Positions 1 through 9,950 of a stretch of DNA of 64,000 nucleotides are shown piece after piece; position 1 is the stretch's first letter, and each line of letters begins with the position of its first letter. Source of the DNA: a virus. Both the position numbers and the translations under genes were made by a program. The stretch is from positions 3,474 through 67,473 of IMG/VR virus record IMGVR_UViG_3300005534_000012. One strand, 5' to 3'. Below the pieces are notes generated by a model. That model did no database searches. It worked only from the letters and a program-made list of their open reading frames with translations, and was not told the DNA's origin.

Positions 1-870
1 CGTTGTCTGGAAGGTAGATGAATAGTAGTAGCACCGCATTTGCTGTGTGTCGAATATGATGTAATCATATTGGAGAATGGGAGGACCTGTCCACGTAAAG
101 GTCACTCCCGCGCCAGTGCCGTCTACATCTTGGGCCGGGTTATTCAGAACGCATTGTGAGAACGGCCCGTTGAATCGGATTTTACCACCCCACGGAGCAG
201 TCCCGAGATTCGAAAACGGGAAAACCGTAGTGAAGTTGTTCTGCGCCAGAATCCCCCACGCTTGACCGTTCCAGGCAGGCAAAAAATCAAGAGCGTTGAT
301 GCCCAGGGGACCACCAAACCATTGCTGGACCTGTAAGGCTGTAGGAACTGTAACAGGGGGACCCCCGAACCCCCCAATGAGTGGGTTCGGGACTGGATTC
401 AACGAACGGAACCAGGGGTCGACCATGTGCAATTCAAGTTTCAGGTCTTGTCGATAGCCGCCCTGACCATACCGTGGGTCATACGATTCCTGTGACATCA
501 CACTATCGGGAGAATCCACATACACCGGGGCGGTCAATGCCGGAGCAAGTCCATCAATGAATAGATTCTGCACGGAATCAAAATTCAGAGACGTGAAAGC
601 GGCAGTCATCGTCCGTCGGTCGGCTCCCTTCCACGTCAGTTCAATATCCCGTGACGGAATTTTCCGGGGAGCCTGCGTCCGACGCTCTGACCCGTCAACC
701 ATGTTTTGATACAGGATGCTCGGCTTTGTGGCCTTGACAGTGATGCTATCTGGATTCCGAGGAAGAACAATCCCTCCGATTTGCCAAGTCGGGCGATTAT
801 TCAGCGGAACCCCTCGCTGCCCAGGGATTTCGTTGATGAGCGGGTCACTGTAAAATAGTAAGAGTGACAT
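1..870 (-). CDS. Putative distal tail / minor tail protein (partial, runs off window)
   Basis: Not in the ORF track. ATG at 870 overlaps the tape-measure stop (TAATG), and the frame is open to base 1 (MSLLLFYSDPLINEIPGQRG...). Position directly after the tape measure is typical of Dit. Confidence 0.65.
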   Translation of the reverse strand, partial: MSLLLFYSDPLINEIPGQRGVPLNNRPTWQIGGIVLPRNPDSITVKATKPSILYQNMVDGSERRTQAPRKIPSRDIELTWKGADRRTMTAAFTSLNFDSVQNLFIDGLAPALTAPVYVDSPDSVMSQESYDPRYGQGGYRQDLKLELHMVDPWFRSLNPVPNPLIGGFGGPPVTVPTALQVQQWFGGPLGINALDFLPAWNGQAWGILAQNNFTTVFPFSNLGTAPWGGKIRFNGPFSQCVLNNPAQDVDGTGAGVTFTWTGPPILQYDYIIFDTQQMRCYYYSSTFQTT

Positions 871-3800
871 TATGTCAATGTGCTCACGAAGTCACCACGC
901 AACCGCGCGGATGCAAACGATGAAGCGTTCATCGCATTGGTCAGGATGTTGGCGAGTTCTGGAATCTGCGCTCTCAATTCCTCAACGCTCGTTTCCGATA
1001 GCGTGGAATTCGGGAATAGGTTCACGGTGACAAACGGAGTCATTTGGGCCGGGGGACCACCGGGGGTTGACGGAGCGGTTGGAACCGTACTGCCGGGAAC
1101 ATAGCCGCCCGCCAAGTGGTTGTAGCCAGCATTCCCGCCCTGTAGGAAATAGGGAATATTCAATCCAGCCGTTCCGCCCAACAGCATTGTCGTGAACGAT
1201 GCCGCAAGTCGGTCTGCGTTCTGAGCCTGTTGCAGTTGGTCGTTCATGGCGCTCTGGAGAATCTTGTCGGCGGCTTCGGTCAGTTGGATATACTCAGCAA
1301 CACCGACGTGCTTACCAGAGCCGAGCGTGAAGACGCCGTTCTTCTCTGACGCGATACCGAGGTTCGGTCCCAACGCTTGGAGTTGTTTTAGTATCGACTG
1401 TTGTGAGGCGGTGTATCCGCTGAAATTGCCATTCAATCCAGCGAGGATACCCTCCATTTGCTGAATCTGGCCGCCAGCCATATTGTAGGTTTGCAGATAC
1501 TGCTGATACCCGGGCATCGTTTGGTCGGGTCGATACGAGGCTGGAGAGTTGTTGCCGAACAGTCCACCGAGCGCTCCGCCGATAGCACCACCGACAGGAC
1601 CAAAGAGTGAGCCGATGGCAGAACCAACGGTGGCCCAAGTGGAATTCGAACCGCCGCTTCCACCGTTGACCATGCCCGCCACGAGTTGGCCGACCGTGTC
1701 GCCGATGGCGAAGTTCTTTTCGTAGGCGGCGATACCGTTCATTTGGTTGTAGTAAGACTGCGCCGAATCAGTAAGGCCCGCTGGCTCTGATGCAATCCCG
1801 GTATAGCCCCCGGAGATGTTGTTGCCGCTACCGTCTTGCGCAACCGTGGGTAATGCATCGCCGTTGCTCTGCATCTGGTTCAGCACGTATTGCAGGCTGG
1901 AATCAATGCTGTCTAAGGACGAGGCGCTTGAGCCCACTGGCCCCAGATTGTCCGTGGCCGACGCTGAAGCGACTTGGACGCCCTGGGTATTTTGTTGATT
2001 GTTTTGTTGCTCTGCCTTGATGATGGCGTTAGCCGCATCCACAAGTTTCGCCGCCGCCTGACGGTGGTGGTCGGCCGCAGTTTGGTGTGCATGCAGAATG
2101 TCGTTGATGTGGACTTCTTTGACTTTTTCCGTCGAAGCCTTGAGGTCTGTTACCGCGCTTTTCAGCAGTATGGCGTTTTCGTGGTTCAACTGGGCATCGG
2201 TTTCGTGAATGCCCTGTTTGCCAAACGCCTGCTGGAAGAATCCGCCAACATTGTTCGACAGACTGTCGAACAGCGCGGCAACTTCGCTCTGAAGGAATTT
2301 CTGAACGAAGGTACGGACGAAGGTGCCCACGATACCCGTGGACATGTGGAGTCTCGTCATCACCTGCGTGATGAATGCGTCGAATTCTCCGCCGATGGCA
2401 TCGGTTGCGGCCTTGCCAGCGTTACGCAAGGACTGGTCGAGGTCCACGCCCCACTTCGCTTGCTTGATGCGGAGTTGGTCGATTTGCACTCCCGTGTCTT
2501 GAATCGTGTGCTGAAGGTTGACCAACTTGTCCTTTTGATTGTCAAGGTCTACGTTAGTCTGCTTCAACTGCCCATCGAGTTGCGTATAGAGCGCGATGAG
2601 GTCTTGGCACTGCTTGGTTTGGCCGAGCCCAGCGTCTTGCAGTTCCTTAATCTTGATGCCAAGCGCGTAGACTTGGTCGTTCAGTTCTGAACGCTTCTTC
2701 GTCTCTTGGTCGATTTCGTCGGACAGTTGGTGACGATACGACAACTCCATGTTGTATTCGTGCGCGAGTTCTTGAATCGTCGGATATTCTTTATTCTTGC
2801 GCTCGTCGGTCAACAGTTGCAGTTTGCGGTCGAAGGTGTCAGCCGCTTCGCCAGCCTTATTGAACATGTCAGCCAACGCGGCCCCAGAGGCCGTGTCGGT
2901 CGCGTCCATTTTGAGGGCGGACTTCAGGAGTTCTTGGTCCTTTTTCGCCGCAGCAGCAACAGCGGCCAGATGCTGTTCTGCCGCTACGATGTCTGCCTTA
3001 TTACCCCAAATCGGAATATTCTGTCCGCCGGGGGTTATCATGTCAATCCAACCGTTGTGGATGACACGACCCTGCTTTTTCTGCTCTGCTTCGACGGCCT
3101 TGACGAAGTCTATGATTCCCTTGATGGCGCTTTCTTTGATAGCCATGACCGCATCGTAAACGGTCTTCGCCTTCTTCGCCTTCGAAGAATTCATCAGGTT
3201 TTCGATGGCATCGCCAGCAGCAGCGTAGTCTGGGTTCTGGTCTACTTCTCCGCTGTCTGGAGAGTTGAACCCACTGTCGGTTTGTGACTTAGCCGCACCG
3301 CCAACGCCGTATTGTTTATAGATATTGCGCTGGAACGATGACGTTTGCTGATGAAGGAGGTGTTCATGTGCCTCCCAATATGACTTCCCAGCGGCTTGTG
3401 CGTCATCTCGTGCGGCCTGCTGATAGGCAGCGTCGAATGCTTCGTGTCCTTCTTTGCCCATTTTGGCAAAGACCGGAACGACGCTTTGCTGCCACCACTT
3501 GCCGATGTTTTCGCCAAGCGTCTTGATGTCGTTGAACCATGCAACGGGATTGAACAACGCATCTAAAACGATTTTAAGTGTGGTTTTTCCCCACGTTTCA
3601 AGGTCTGGAGTGATTCCTTGGAACCACTTCAGTACGTCTGCAGCCCACCGCTGAATAGCCGCGCCTGCCTCATCGAGGCCCTTGTGCACGTAGTACGACA
3701 GGCGACCGAAGAAGCCAGTGACTTGCTGCCAATGCGTGACGATAAGGGCTGCCCCAGCGACAACCGCGCCGATAATGAGGGGCCATATTCCGATGAGCCC

Positions 3801-5942
3801 GACAAGTACGTCGGTCACACCGACGACGGCGGTGCGAACAATGTTCCAGGCGCTGATGAAGGGACCACCGAGCGAGCGAGCAACGCCAGCAAGTGAGTAT
3901 TCCATCTTGCCAGTTACGGCATTGGCAACTCCCATTTTGGCGAAGAATCCACTTGTTGCTTCTTCGGCCTTGGCGAACATCGGCCCGATTTCGATTGCGA
4001 TGCCGACCATTTTCACAAGCGAGCCACCAACGATTGCGATGGGGCCCATGACGAGCGACAGGGCCGTTCCGAACAGTGCGGCCTCAACCGCTGCCTTTTT
4101 GATGGGTTCTGGAAGTGCCATGAACCAATCAATGAAACGCCCGATGCCGTCAATTGCCTTAGACAGGTCCGGCTCGATTTGTTTGAACAGGCTTAACCAT
4201 GCCGCCTTGACTTTGTTCTCAAGGTCGATGGCCTTACGCTCAATGTCGTTGATACGCGCTTCATACGCCTTGTCGGTTGAACCCGACGCGGTCATTCTCT
4301 CTTGTTCGCGTTGCATTCCGGCAGGACCGATTTGCGCGGCCTTAGTCGTCAACGCGGCTAAGTTGGGAATCGCCCATAGACCGCCAAGCGTGGCGAGAAC
4401 GTGAGCGGCTTCCTTTTGCTTGCCCTCAGCATTCATTGCTTCAATGGCTTTGCCGAGCGAGGCCAGCACTTCATACGGGTCACGCATGCGACCAGACTTG
4501 TCGTACATGCTGGCGCTGACGCCTTCGCTCTCCAGCGCGTTTTCGACCGCCTGCATGGCCTTCGGGTCCTGCGCCTGACGAGCGAACATACGCTTCAGGG
4601 TTTGACCCGCATTTGTTCCGGTGACTTTCACTTGAGCAAGCGAAGCGACCATCTCTGCGACTTGGTCGAAGGACAGGCCGAGTGAATGCGCCAGCGGGCC
4701 GAACGCCTTGAACGACTCTCCGGCCTTGCCGATTTCCGACGCCGTAGACAGAGCGATGTTCGTGAAGGTGTCGCTGACGTGCTGATAATTGCGCTGTGTC
4801 TCGGCCAGCGACTTGCCGGGATAGAATTGTGAGATGGCCGCGTTCATGTTGTACGCGGCTTCTTCAGGCGTTATCTGTTCGCCACGGCCCTGTGCGACGA
4901 GCATCGTCTTGATGTACGTCTCGAACATCTTGTCAAGGTAGGCGCGGTCCTGGTCGTTGTTCGCCCGCAATCCCTCGGGCATGGACGAGGTGAATTTGTA
5001 TGCGCCAGCGATGACATCTTCCATCGGAACGCCCGCTTTTTGCGCAAGTTTCGTCACATCATCGCGGAACTTCTCTGCTTGGTCTGCCGCGCCCGGGAAT
5101 GCTGTCGCCATCCGGCGCAGTGAATCGTCCATCTCAGCCGCGCTCTTGACGCCCGCACCAAGTACCATCGCCAGGATGCCCCCGGAAATGGTCGCGGAGT
5201 AGCCCCACGATACGACCTTCCGGCCGACGTTCCGCCACTCCATGCCGAGGTTGGACATCGCCTCTTGCGCGGCTTTTTCAGAGGCGATTATCTTCTCTTG
5301 CTGCGCCGCCATTTGAGCGGCCTGCGCCTCGTTGTTCACCATGCCGCCGTACATGCCCATCGGCACGGTGGCCTCAGCCGCAGACAGCGTTCGCCCGGAG
5401 CCCATGCCCCGCTTCATGTAGGCTTCTTCGGCGCTGGGGGCTCCGGCCATGAACCCGCCGAACTGCCCACCTCCGCCGTAGATGGAAGCCATCAATGCGC
5501 TGGCTTCGCGCGTGAGCGCCATGCGCTCGTCCATCGTCGCACGGAACAGTGCGGTCGTCTTCTCTATGTTCGCGGCTTCAATACGAGCGGCTTCGTTGGA
5601 AGCGCTTATCTGTGAATCGTAAGCGGCGGAGATTTGCCCGATTGATTCTTCGATGGCAAGGTTGAGTTTGACAAACTTCTGAGCCATCGAGGCGGCTGCT
5701 GCGCCGCCCTTGCCGTTGAGGCCATCGAACAACTCGTTGAAGGTGGCTCCAAGCGCACCAATCTGCTTTTGAATCTCGCCAAGAGACGCCTTGAGCCCCT
5801 GGAAAACCGGAGCACTCGTAGAGGTGGCCGCGCTTTGGAATTGAGCAACAGACTGACGCAATGCGTCAACCTGTTGCTTCATCTCCGATATTGCACTCAG
5901 ATTCTCCGCGAGAATCTGGAGTTGCACTTGGACCTTAGCCAC
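870..5942 (-). CDS. Tail tape measure protein
   Basis: 1690 aa, Ala-rich and helical, with a TP901-like core (GTNAGQTLKRMF), hydrophobic segments and Trp-spaced repeats. Follows the tail chaperone. Confidence 0.95.
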   Translation of the reverse strand: MAKVQVQLQILAENLSAISEMKQQVDALRQSVAQFQSAATSTSAPVFQGLKASLGEIQKQIGALGATFNELFDGLNGKGGAAAASMAQKFVKLNLAIEESIGQISAAYDSQISASNEAARIEAANIEKTTALFRATMDERMALTREASALMASIYGGGGQFGGFMAGAPSAEEAYMKRGMGSGRTLSAAEATVPMGMYGGMVNNEAQAAQMAAQQEKIIASEKAAQEAMSNLGMEWRNVGRKVVSWGYSATISGGILAMVLGAGVKSAAEMDDSLRRMATAFPGAADQAEKFRDDVTKLAQKAGVPMEDVIAGAYKFTSSMPEGLRANNDQDRAYLDKMFETYIKTMLVAQGRGEQITPEEAAYNMNAAISQFYPGKSLAETQRNYQHVSDTFTNIALSTASEIGKAGESFKAFGPLAHSLGLSFDQVAEMVASLAQVKVTGTNAGQTLKRMFARQAQDPKAMQAVENALESEGVSASMYDKSGRMRDPYEVLASLGKAIEAMNAEGKQKEAAHVLATLGGLWAIPNLAALTTKAAQIGPAGMQREQERMTASGSTDKAYEARINDIERKAIDLENKVKAAWLSLFKQIEPDLSKAIDGIGRFIDWFMALPEPIKKAAVEAALFGTALSLVMGPIAIVGGSLVKMVGIAIEIGPMFAKAEEATSGFFAKMGVANAVTGKMEYSLAGVARSLGGPFISAWNIVRTAVVGVTDVLVGLIGIWPLIIGAVVAGAALIVTHWQQVTGFFGRLSYYVHKGLDEAGAAIQRWAADVLKWFQGITPDLETWGKTTLKIVLDALFNPVAWFNDIKTLGENIGKWWQQSVVPVFAKMGKEGHEAFDAAYQQAARDDAQAAGKSYWEAHEHLLHQQTSSFQRNIYKQYGVGGAAKSQTDSGFNSPDSGEVDQNPDYAAAGDAIENLMNSSKAKKAKTVYDAVMAIKESAIKGIIDFVKAVEAEQKKQGRVIHNGWIDMITPGGQNIPIWGNKADIVAAEQHLAAVAAAAKKDQELLKSALKMDATDTASGAALADMFNKAGEAADTFDRKLQLLTDERKNKEYPTIQELAHEYNMELSYRHQLSDEIDQETKKRSELNDQVYALGIKIKELQDAGLGQTKQCQDLIALYTQLDGQLKQTNVDLDNQKDKLVNLQHTIQDTGVQIDQLRIKQAKWGVDLDQSLRNAGKAATDAIGGEFDAFITQVMTRLHMSTGIVGTFVRTFVQKFLQSEVAALFDSLSNNVGGFFQQAFGKQGIHETDAQLNHENAILLKSAVTDLKASTEKVKEVHINDILHAHQTAADHHRQAAAKLVDAANAIIKAEQQNNQQNTQGVQVASASATDNLGPVGSSASSLDSIDSSLQYVLNQMQSNGDALPTVAQDGSGNNISGGYTGIASEPAGLTDSAQSYYNQMNGIAAYEKNFAIGDTVGQLVAGMVNGGSGGSNSTWATVGSAIGSLFGPVGGAIGGALGGLFGNNSPASYRPDQTMPGYQQYLQTYNMAGGQIQQMEGILAGLNGNFSGYTASQQSILKQLQALGPNLGIASEKNGVFTLGSGKHVGVAEYIQLTEAADKILQSAMNDQLQQAQNADRLAASFTTMLLGGTAGLNIPYFLQGGNAGYNHLAGGYVPGSTVPTAPSTPGGPPAQMTPFVTVNLFPNSTLSETSVEELRAQIPELANILTNAMNASSFASARLRGDFVSTLT

Positions 5943-6312
5943 TCTTAAACAAGTCCTCTATCGCTTCGTCAAGTTCGTCAGGCTTCAGGTCGAACAGTTC
6001 TGCGGCTTGTGGGTCGCGCCGCCGCGCCATTTCGACCTTTTCCTTCGGGTCGAGGTCTGACGGATAGTCCGTCCGGTTGCTGTCCGCGCCCGCTGTTGCT
6101 TGACGTTCCTGGTCAAGAAGGTATTCGATGTCGGACACGCGGTCAAGAAAATCCAAATACGACCACTGCTCTACTTGCTCGGGGTCGATTCGGAAGTACC
6201 GGGCAACTGAAGCGACGAGACGACGAAGTTTTAGGTTGTCGACTCCTGCGGCTCCGCTGTCTCTAACGCTTTGCCCCTTGGTGTCTTTGCCGAACGCTTT
6301 GAGGAAGTAGGG
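5935..6312 (-). CDS. Tail assembly chaperone, -1 frameshift extension (gpT-like)
   Basis: The -1 frame is open from the slippery site to 5935 (PYFLKAFG...VARYFRIDPEQVEQWSYLDFLDRV...) and has no convincing start of its own. Confidence 0.75.
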   Translation of the reverse strand, partial: PYFLKAFGKDTKGQSVRDSGAAGVDNLKLRRLVASVARYFRIDPEQVEQWSYLDFLDRVSDIEYLLDQERQATAGADSNRTDYPSDLDPKEKVEMARRRDPQAAELFDLKPDELDEAIEDLFKSG

Positions 6313-6707
6313 TTTGTGGACTCTCGCTCCTCCGCTTCCTTGGCATACGTCTCATTGAAGGCGTTGTGCGCGGCAAGCAAGAGCGGGTAGGGAGCCTCCT
6401 CAGCGAGGTCCTTATTGATGCCCCTGTCCGCCAGTTGCTTTTGCTGTTGTTCGCTGACGGCAAACCACGGCTCGCTTGCGTCTTCGGGGTCGCAGCACAG
6501 CGTCTTGGCGACGTAAAAGACAATCGGGGGGATGAGTTCGAGGTCTACAGAGTCAGTCGAACGACCGTCCTTGCCCATGCTCTTGAGCATGAGGGCACGT
6601 TTTTTCGTGATATCGGTCATCTCGGCAACCGTCGGCATGCGCAGGCCGATGGTTATTCCCTGGAAGTCGAACGTGGTCGGTTTCTCGACGAAGCGCTTGA
6701 TGGACAT
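6231..6707 (-). CDS. Tail assembly chaperone (gpG-like)
   Basis: Start re-called at MSIKRFVEK (GAGGA SD). Contains an LRMPTVAEM motif and lies upstream of the tape measure. Confidence 0.8.
   Translation of the reverse strand: MSIKRFVEKPTTFDFQGITIGLRMPTVAEMTDITKKRALMLKSMGKDGRSTDSVDLELIPPIVFYVAKTLCCDPEDASEPWFAVSEQQQKQLADRGINKDLAEEAPYPLLLAAHNAFNETYAKEAEERESTNPTSSKRSAKTPRGKALETAEPQESTT
6309..6315 (-). promoter_or_regulatory. Programmed -1 ribosomal frameshift heptamer A AAC CCT
   Basis: X XXY YYZ pattern in the correct phase of the chaperone ORF. Slippage enters the frame ending at 5935. Confidence 0.7.
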
Positions 6708-6708
6708 G

Positions 6709-7014
6709 TTATCCTCTTTCCTTGGCCCGACGAATGACTCGTTCGGGATTGACTTTTTCCTTAGCGTGGTTACGTGAGACGTTGTAGTATTCCAGGTGGT
6801 TGTTGATGACCCGGATACAGTTGTTGCCCGCTGTACGAATGCGCGACTTGAGATGCTCGACGCCCTTTTCATCAAGGCCGAGGTTGTTCGCGTAGTCGCA
6901 CAACGAACCAAATTCAAACTCGATTGAGGCCCGAACCTGAATCTCAAACTTCGTTTTGGCGGTCGGCTCCCCCCGAATCGGGAGGGTGTCGTTTATGCTG
7001 GACTCGGTTGACAT
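6709..7014 (-). CDS. Hypothetical protein
   Basis: 101-aa ORF closely packed in the operon. Confidence 0.7.
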   Translation of the reverse strand: MSTESSINDTLPIRGEPTAKTKFEIQVRASIEFEFGSLCDYANNLGLDEKGVEHLKSRIRTAGNNCIRVINNHLEYYNVSRNHAKEKVNPERVIRRAKERG

Positions 7015-8069
7015 ATATTTACCCCCTGCAAAACTTGCAGCATGAGCGCTCCCAATTCTTGCGGTTGCATCTTGGCAGCAATTTTGCTGATATTGTCGGC
7101 GAGTTTTTTCGTATTCTCCTCATCCCGAAGCGCAAGAAGAACGTCCCGGACGACCTTTGGCGTTCCCCCCGAGAACAGCAATGCGGTCGCCCCATGCTGA
7201 AGGTACATCTCGTATGCCCCGAGTTGGGGAGCACATGTCGCTCTCCGTGCGGCAAACGCCGCTGACAAGTACGCGGTCATTCCGCCGTGCGACGGAACCT
7301 GAGCAACGAAGACCCGCTGCCCGAACTTGGCACACGAGAGCAACTCCTCGTAGGAAGAAACGGGCTGCATCTCGATATGCGTTAGTGTTTTGCTTTCGGT
7401 GATTTGCGTGGCGAGTTTACGGAAGTACGAGTTTTCACCCGTCTCACCATATCCCGCTACGAGAACCCTGTTGTAGCCCTCGACACCGAGGACAAGCGGG
7501 AGAAGGGCATTTTCAATGCCGCTGCCTTCGTTGAAGTCCGCAAGCACCGTGATGTCGAAATTCGGAACCGCCCCGTGCTTGGCGTCGATGATGGGCGACG
7601 GCCAGATAAGGGGCTCGACGCCGCATCGCCCATAAAGGCGGTCAACCGCGTCCGCCGCCTGATGTGACGGCACAAGGACCCGCTGTGCTTTACCCAGGGT
7701 CGCCAGCACCAGTTTGCGACGAAGCATTGGATGGTGAGCCAGCCAGAAGGACGTGCCGCCAATGACCGGGGCATTGTGACAAACGACAGAGAACGGCTGG
7801 TGCTGCGTCGGGTGTGTGGCGAAGTTGTACGCCACATAGAGCGAATAAAGGTCGGGACCGAGATGGACAACCGGAAAGTCTCCGGCCCACTTGGTCGCGT
7901 AGAGTTTTTCAATCTCTGCGAAGAAAGACCGACTTCCGGCCCATCCGCCATCAGGTCCCAGCCATTCTTCTTCTGGCGGGACTTCCAATACCGACACGGG
8001 GCCGTTCTTCATCGAGACGACAAGGTCGTTGAGAAACTTGTCGCGGGTCGCAAGGATATGGTACATCAC
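6993..8069 (-). CDS. Divergent GT-B fold glycosyltransferase-like protein
   Basis: GT4-like segments (VLVPSH, VLVAGYG, G..ALLF..G...V). The canonical E-x7-E motif is absent. GGGAGG SD. Confidence 0.6.
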   Translation of the reverse strand: MMYHILATRDKFLNDLVVSMKNGPVSVLEVPPEEEWLGPDGGWAGSRSFFAEIEKLYATKWAGDFPVVHLGPDLYSLYVAYNFATHPTQHQPFSVVCHNAPVIGGTSFWLAHHPMLRRKLVLATLGKAQRVLVPSHQAADAVDRLYGRCGVEPLIWPSPIIDAKHGAVPNFDITVLADFNEGSGIENALLPLVLGVEGYNRVLVAGYGETGENSYFRKLATQITESKTLTHIEMQPVSSYEELLSCAKFGQRVFVAQVPSHGGMTAYLSAAFAARRATCAPQLGAYEMYLQHGATALLFSGGTPKVVRDVLLALRDEENTKKLADNISKIAAKMQPQELGALMLQVLQGVNICQPSPA

Positions 8070-8210
8070 TTGCCTCCCCGTTTGACAAGTGCGCCCGTGA
8101 ATAAGAATTCATGACACGACTGGCAGTGTCGGGTGATGAACAATTCAGGATACGCTTCGCCTGTCGATGTATGGGTCGCCAACAGCGCACACTTAATGTG
8201 TATCCACCAC

Positions 8211-9437
8211 TTACGAAGCATGGGGAATCGCCTGAAGGACCGCATCCCATAGGGGCATGATGCGAGAGCATTCGTACTGTTGCATCTGCGTGGCTCCGAT
8301 GGCTCCGAGTTTGTCGCGGTAATCTCGATTGTCGTACAGGTAACACAACTTCTGGACGAGCGCGTCTACGTCTGAGGAGAACCGAGCGATGCAAGCCCCG
8401 TTGTCGGAGTGGGTTATATGCGATGGAATCAATTCGAATGGGTGCGCGGCAAACTCGATATTGGAGGTGTTCTCACTGACGAGCGCCGGAACGCCGCATG
8501 CTCGCGAGCGGATAGGCGGAAGGCCCGCTCCCTCTCCAATCGTCGTCAGGACGCAGACATCGAGCGAGCGATAGAGATTGACCATCCCCTCCTCGGTCAG
8601 TTGACCGACATCGTTCTGCGGATGGATGGTATTCTTCTCAAGACCGTTCCGGTAAATCAGTTCGGGGATTTGGAACCCGCCGTGAATCATCACGTCCCAT
8701 GTCGTCCAAGGGAGAACGAGTACGTCGTCTCGCATCTTCACAAATTTTCCGCAGGCTTCGAGGAATTCGTCGAAGCGTTTGCGGTATTGATTCGTCGCTA
8801 TCATGCCGACGATGAACTTGTCCTGCGGTAGATTCAACGCTTTACGCGCTTCAGCGCGGTCGCCCGGACAATAGATTTCAGGATGGGCGATGGGGATGAA
8901 GGGAACTCGCAGACCCATGTCTCGCAAAATGCCCGCTTGGGCATAGCGCGAATACGTGATGGGCACGTCGAACGAGGAGATGGCCTCATCCAGGCCTGCC
9001 GCCAGGAACTTGTCCTGGTATAGTCCGTCTAGCGGGAAATACGCAATGTGCGTGAAGTTCCGGCTGTCTCGATTGAGGATTTCCAAGGTTCCGGGGCGGG
9101 CCTGCGCCACACCGGGGTCAGCCTCTGGCTGTCCCATATAGCGGACCATCCACACGTCATACGACGAGATGACGACATCTGCCTTGGTCATCTCCAGGGC
9201 ATGCTTGATGTCGAGTTGACCGAACCGCGTCTCTTGGTTTTGCGCGTTCACGCGCAGGAGTCGGTGTCGCCACGGGCATTCAGATTCAGTGACGCCGGAA
9301 GTCCATCCATTGAACCCCAAGCACAACTGCCACACTTCATGCCCCTGGTCGTGCCAGTGGCGAAGGATATGGCGCAGTGACTCGTTGATGCCCGTGGCCC
9401 CGTGGTCGCTTAGGCCGAGGATTACGCGACGTTCCAT
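8211..9437 (-). CDS. Glycosyltransferase, GT4 / group 1
   Basis: ARKALNLPQDKFIVGM, NQYRK and LYRSLDVCVLTTIGEGAGLP...ACGVP motifs. Start re-called at MERRVILG (GGAG SD). Confidence 0.9.
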   Translation of the reverse strand: MERRVILGLSDHGATGINESLRHILRHWHDQGHEVWQLCLGFNGWTSGVTESECPWRHRLLRVNAQNQETRFGQLDIKHALEMTKADVVISSYDVWMVRYMGQPEADPGVAQARPGTLEILNRDSRNFTHIAYFPLDGLYQDKFLAAGLDEAISSFDVPITYSRYAQAGILRDMGLRVPFIPIAHPEIYCPGDRAEARKALNLPQDKFIVGMIATNQYRKRFDEFLEACGKFVKMRDDVLVLPWTTWDVMIHGGFQIPELIYRNGLEKNTIHPQNDVGQLTEEGMVNLYRSLDVCVLTTIGEGAGLPPIRSRACGVPALVSENTSNIEFAAHPFELIPSHITHSDNGACIARFSSDVDALVQKLCYLYDNRDYRDKLGAIGATQMQQYECSRIMPLWDAVLQAIPHAS

Positions 9438-9462
9438 GCTTTCTCCGACGATACTTTTGCCG

Positions 9463-9544
9463 CGCGACAGGCGTGCGAATTCACTTATTCGACGTATGCC
9501 TGGAGGCTCGGCGGGACTCGAACCCACATTTCACGCCTGTCGCG
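9463..9544 (-). ncRNA. Candidate structured RNA / 5' leader with tRNA-like T-arm
   Basis: A 13-bp perfect inverted repeat encloses GTGGG-TTCGAGT-CCCGC. A -10-like TATTCT lies 6 nt upstream. Confidence 0.5.
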
Positions 9545-9555
9545 ACAAATAGAAT

Positions 9556-9577
9556 AGCCGCCTCTTTCGAGGCGGCC
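9556..9577 (-). terminator. Hairpin GCCGCCTC-GAAA-GAGGCGGC, probable terminator
   Basis: 8-bp stem with a GAAA loop followed by TATTCTATTT, just downstream of the 9606 stop. Confidence 0.6.
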
Positions 9578-9605
9578 AGTCGGCACGTCGAATCGTCCGG
9601 GACGA

Positions 9606-9893
9606 TTACATCTCGTCGGCGAGTTTTTGACCTGTCGCGATGACCCAGGCCGCGCCCTCGTTCTCGAAGCCGTTGAGCGCCTGCGCGATAGCCGGGGCAA
9701 TCGACGCCAGGGTGCTCTTGATAAGGCCCTGGAGGAACACAGGAGCGCTTACGACGACACCCGTGATGGTGGCCTGAACTGCCGCGTCTTCCTTTGCCTC
9801 GAACGAGGCGAGGACCGTGGCTTCCTCTTGTTTCGCATACGCGACGAGCGCTTCGGCTTCCGGCTTCAGCGCATCCAGAATCGGGTTACCCAT
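9606..9893 (-). CDS. Hypothetical Ala-rich helical protein
   Basis: Start re-called at MGNPILDAL (AAGGAG SD). Confidence 0.7.
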   Translation of the reverse strand: MGNPILDALKPEAEALVAYAKQEEATVLASFEAKEDAAVQATITGVVVSAPVFLQGLIKSTLASIAPAIAQALNGFENEGAAWVIATGQKLADEM

Positions 9894-9950
9894 TGGCTTT
9901 CTCCTTGCAAGTGAGAGTAGAGCGAGTTTTCGAAGGACTCCCCTATAATA

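Noticed and set aside
880-5615. Many long plus-strand ORFs opposite the tape measure (and similar antisense ORFs elsewhere)
   Set aside because: These are shadow ORFs expected in GC-rich coding DNA, with no SD or protein-like motifs.
9501-9527. tRNA gene suggested by a T-arm followed by ...CTCCA
   Set aside because: No D arm, anticodon arm or complementary acceptor 5' strand at the right distance, and the 3' segment is one base short. Kept only as a tRNA-like element.
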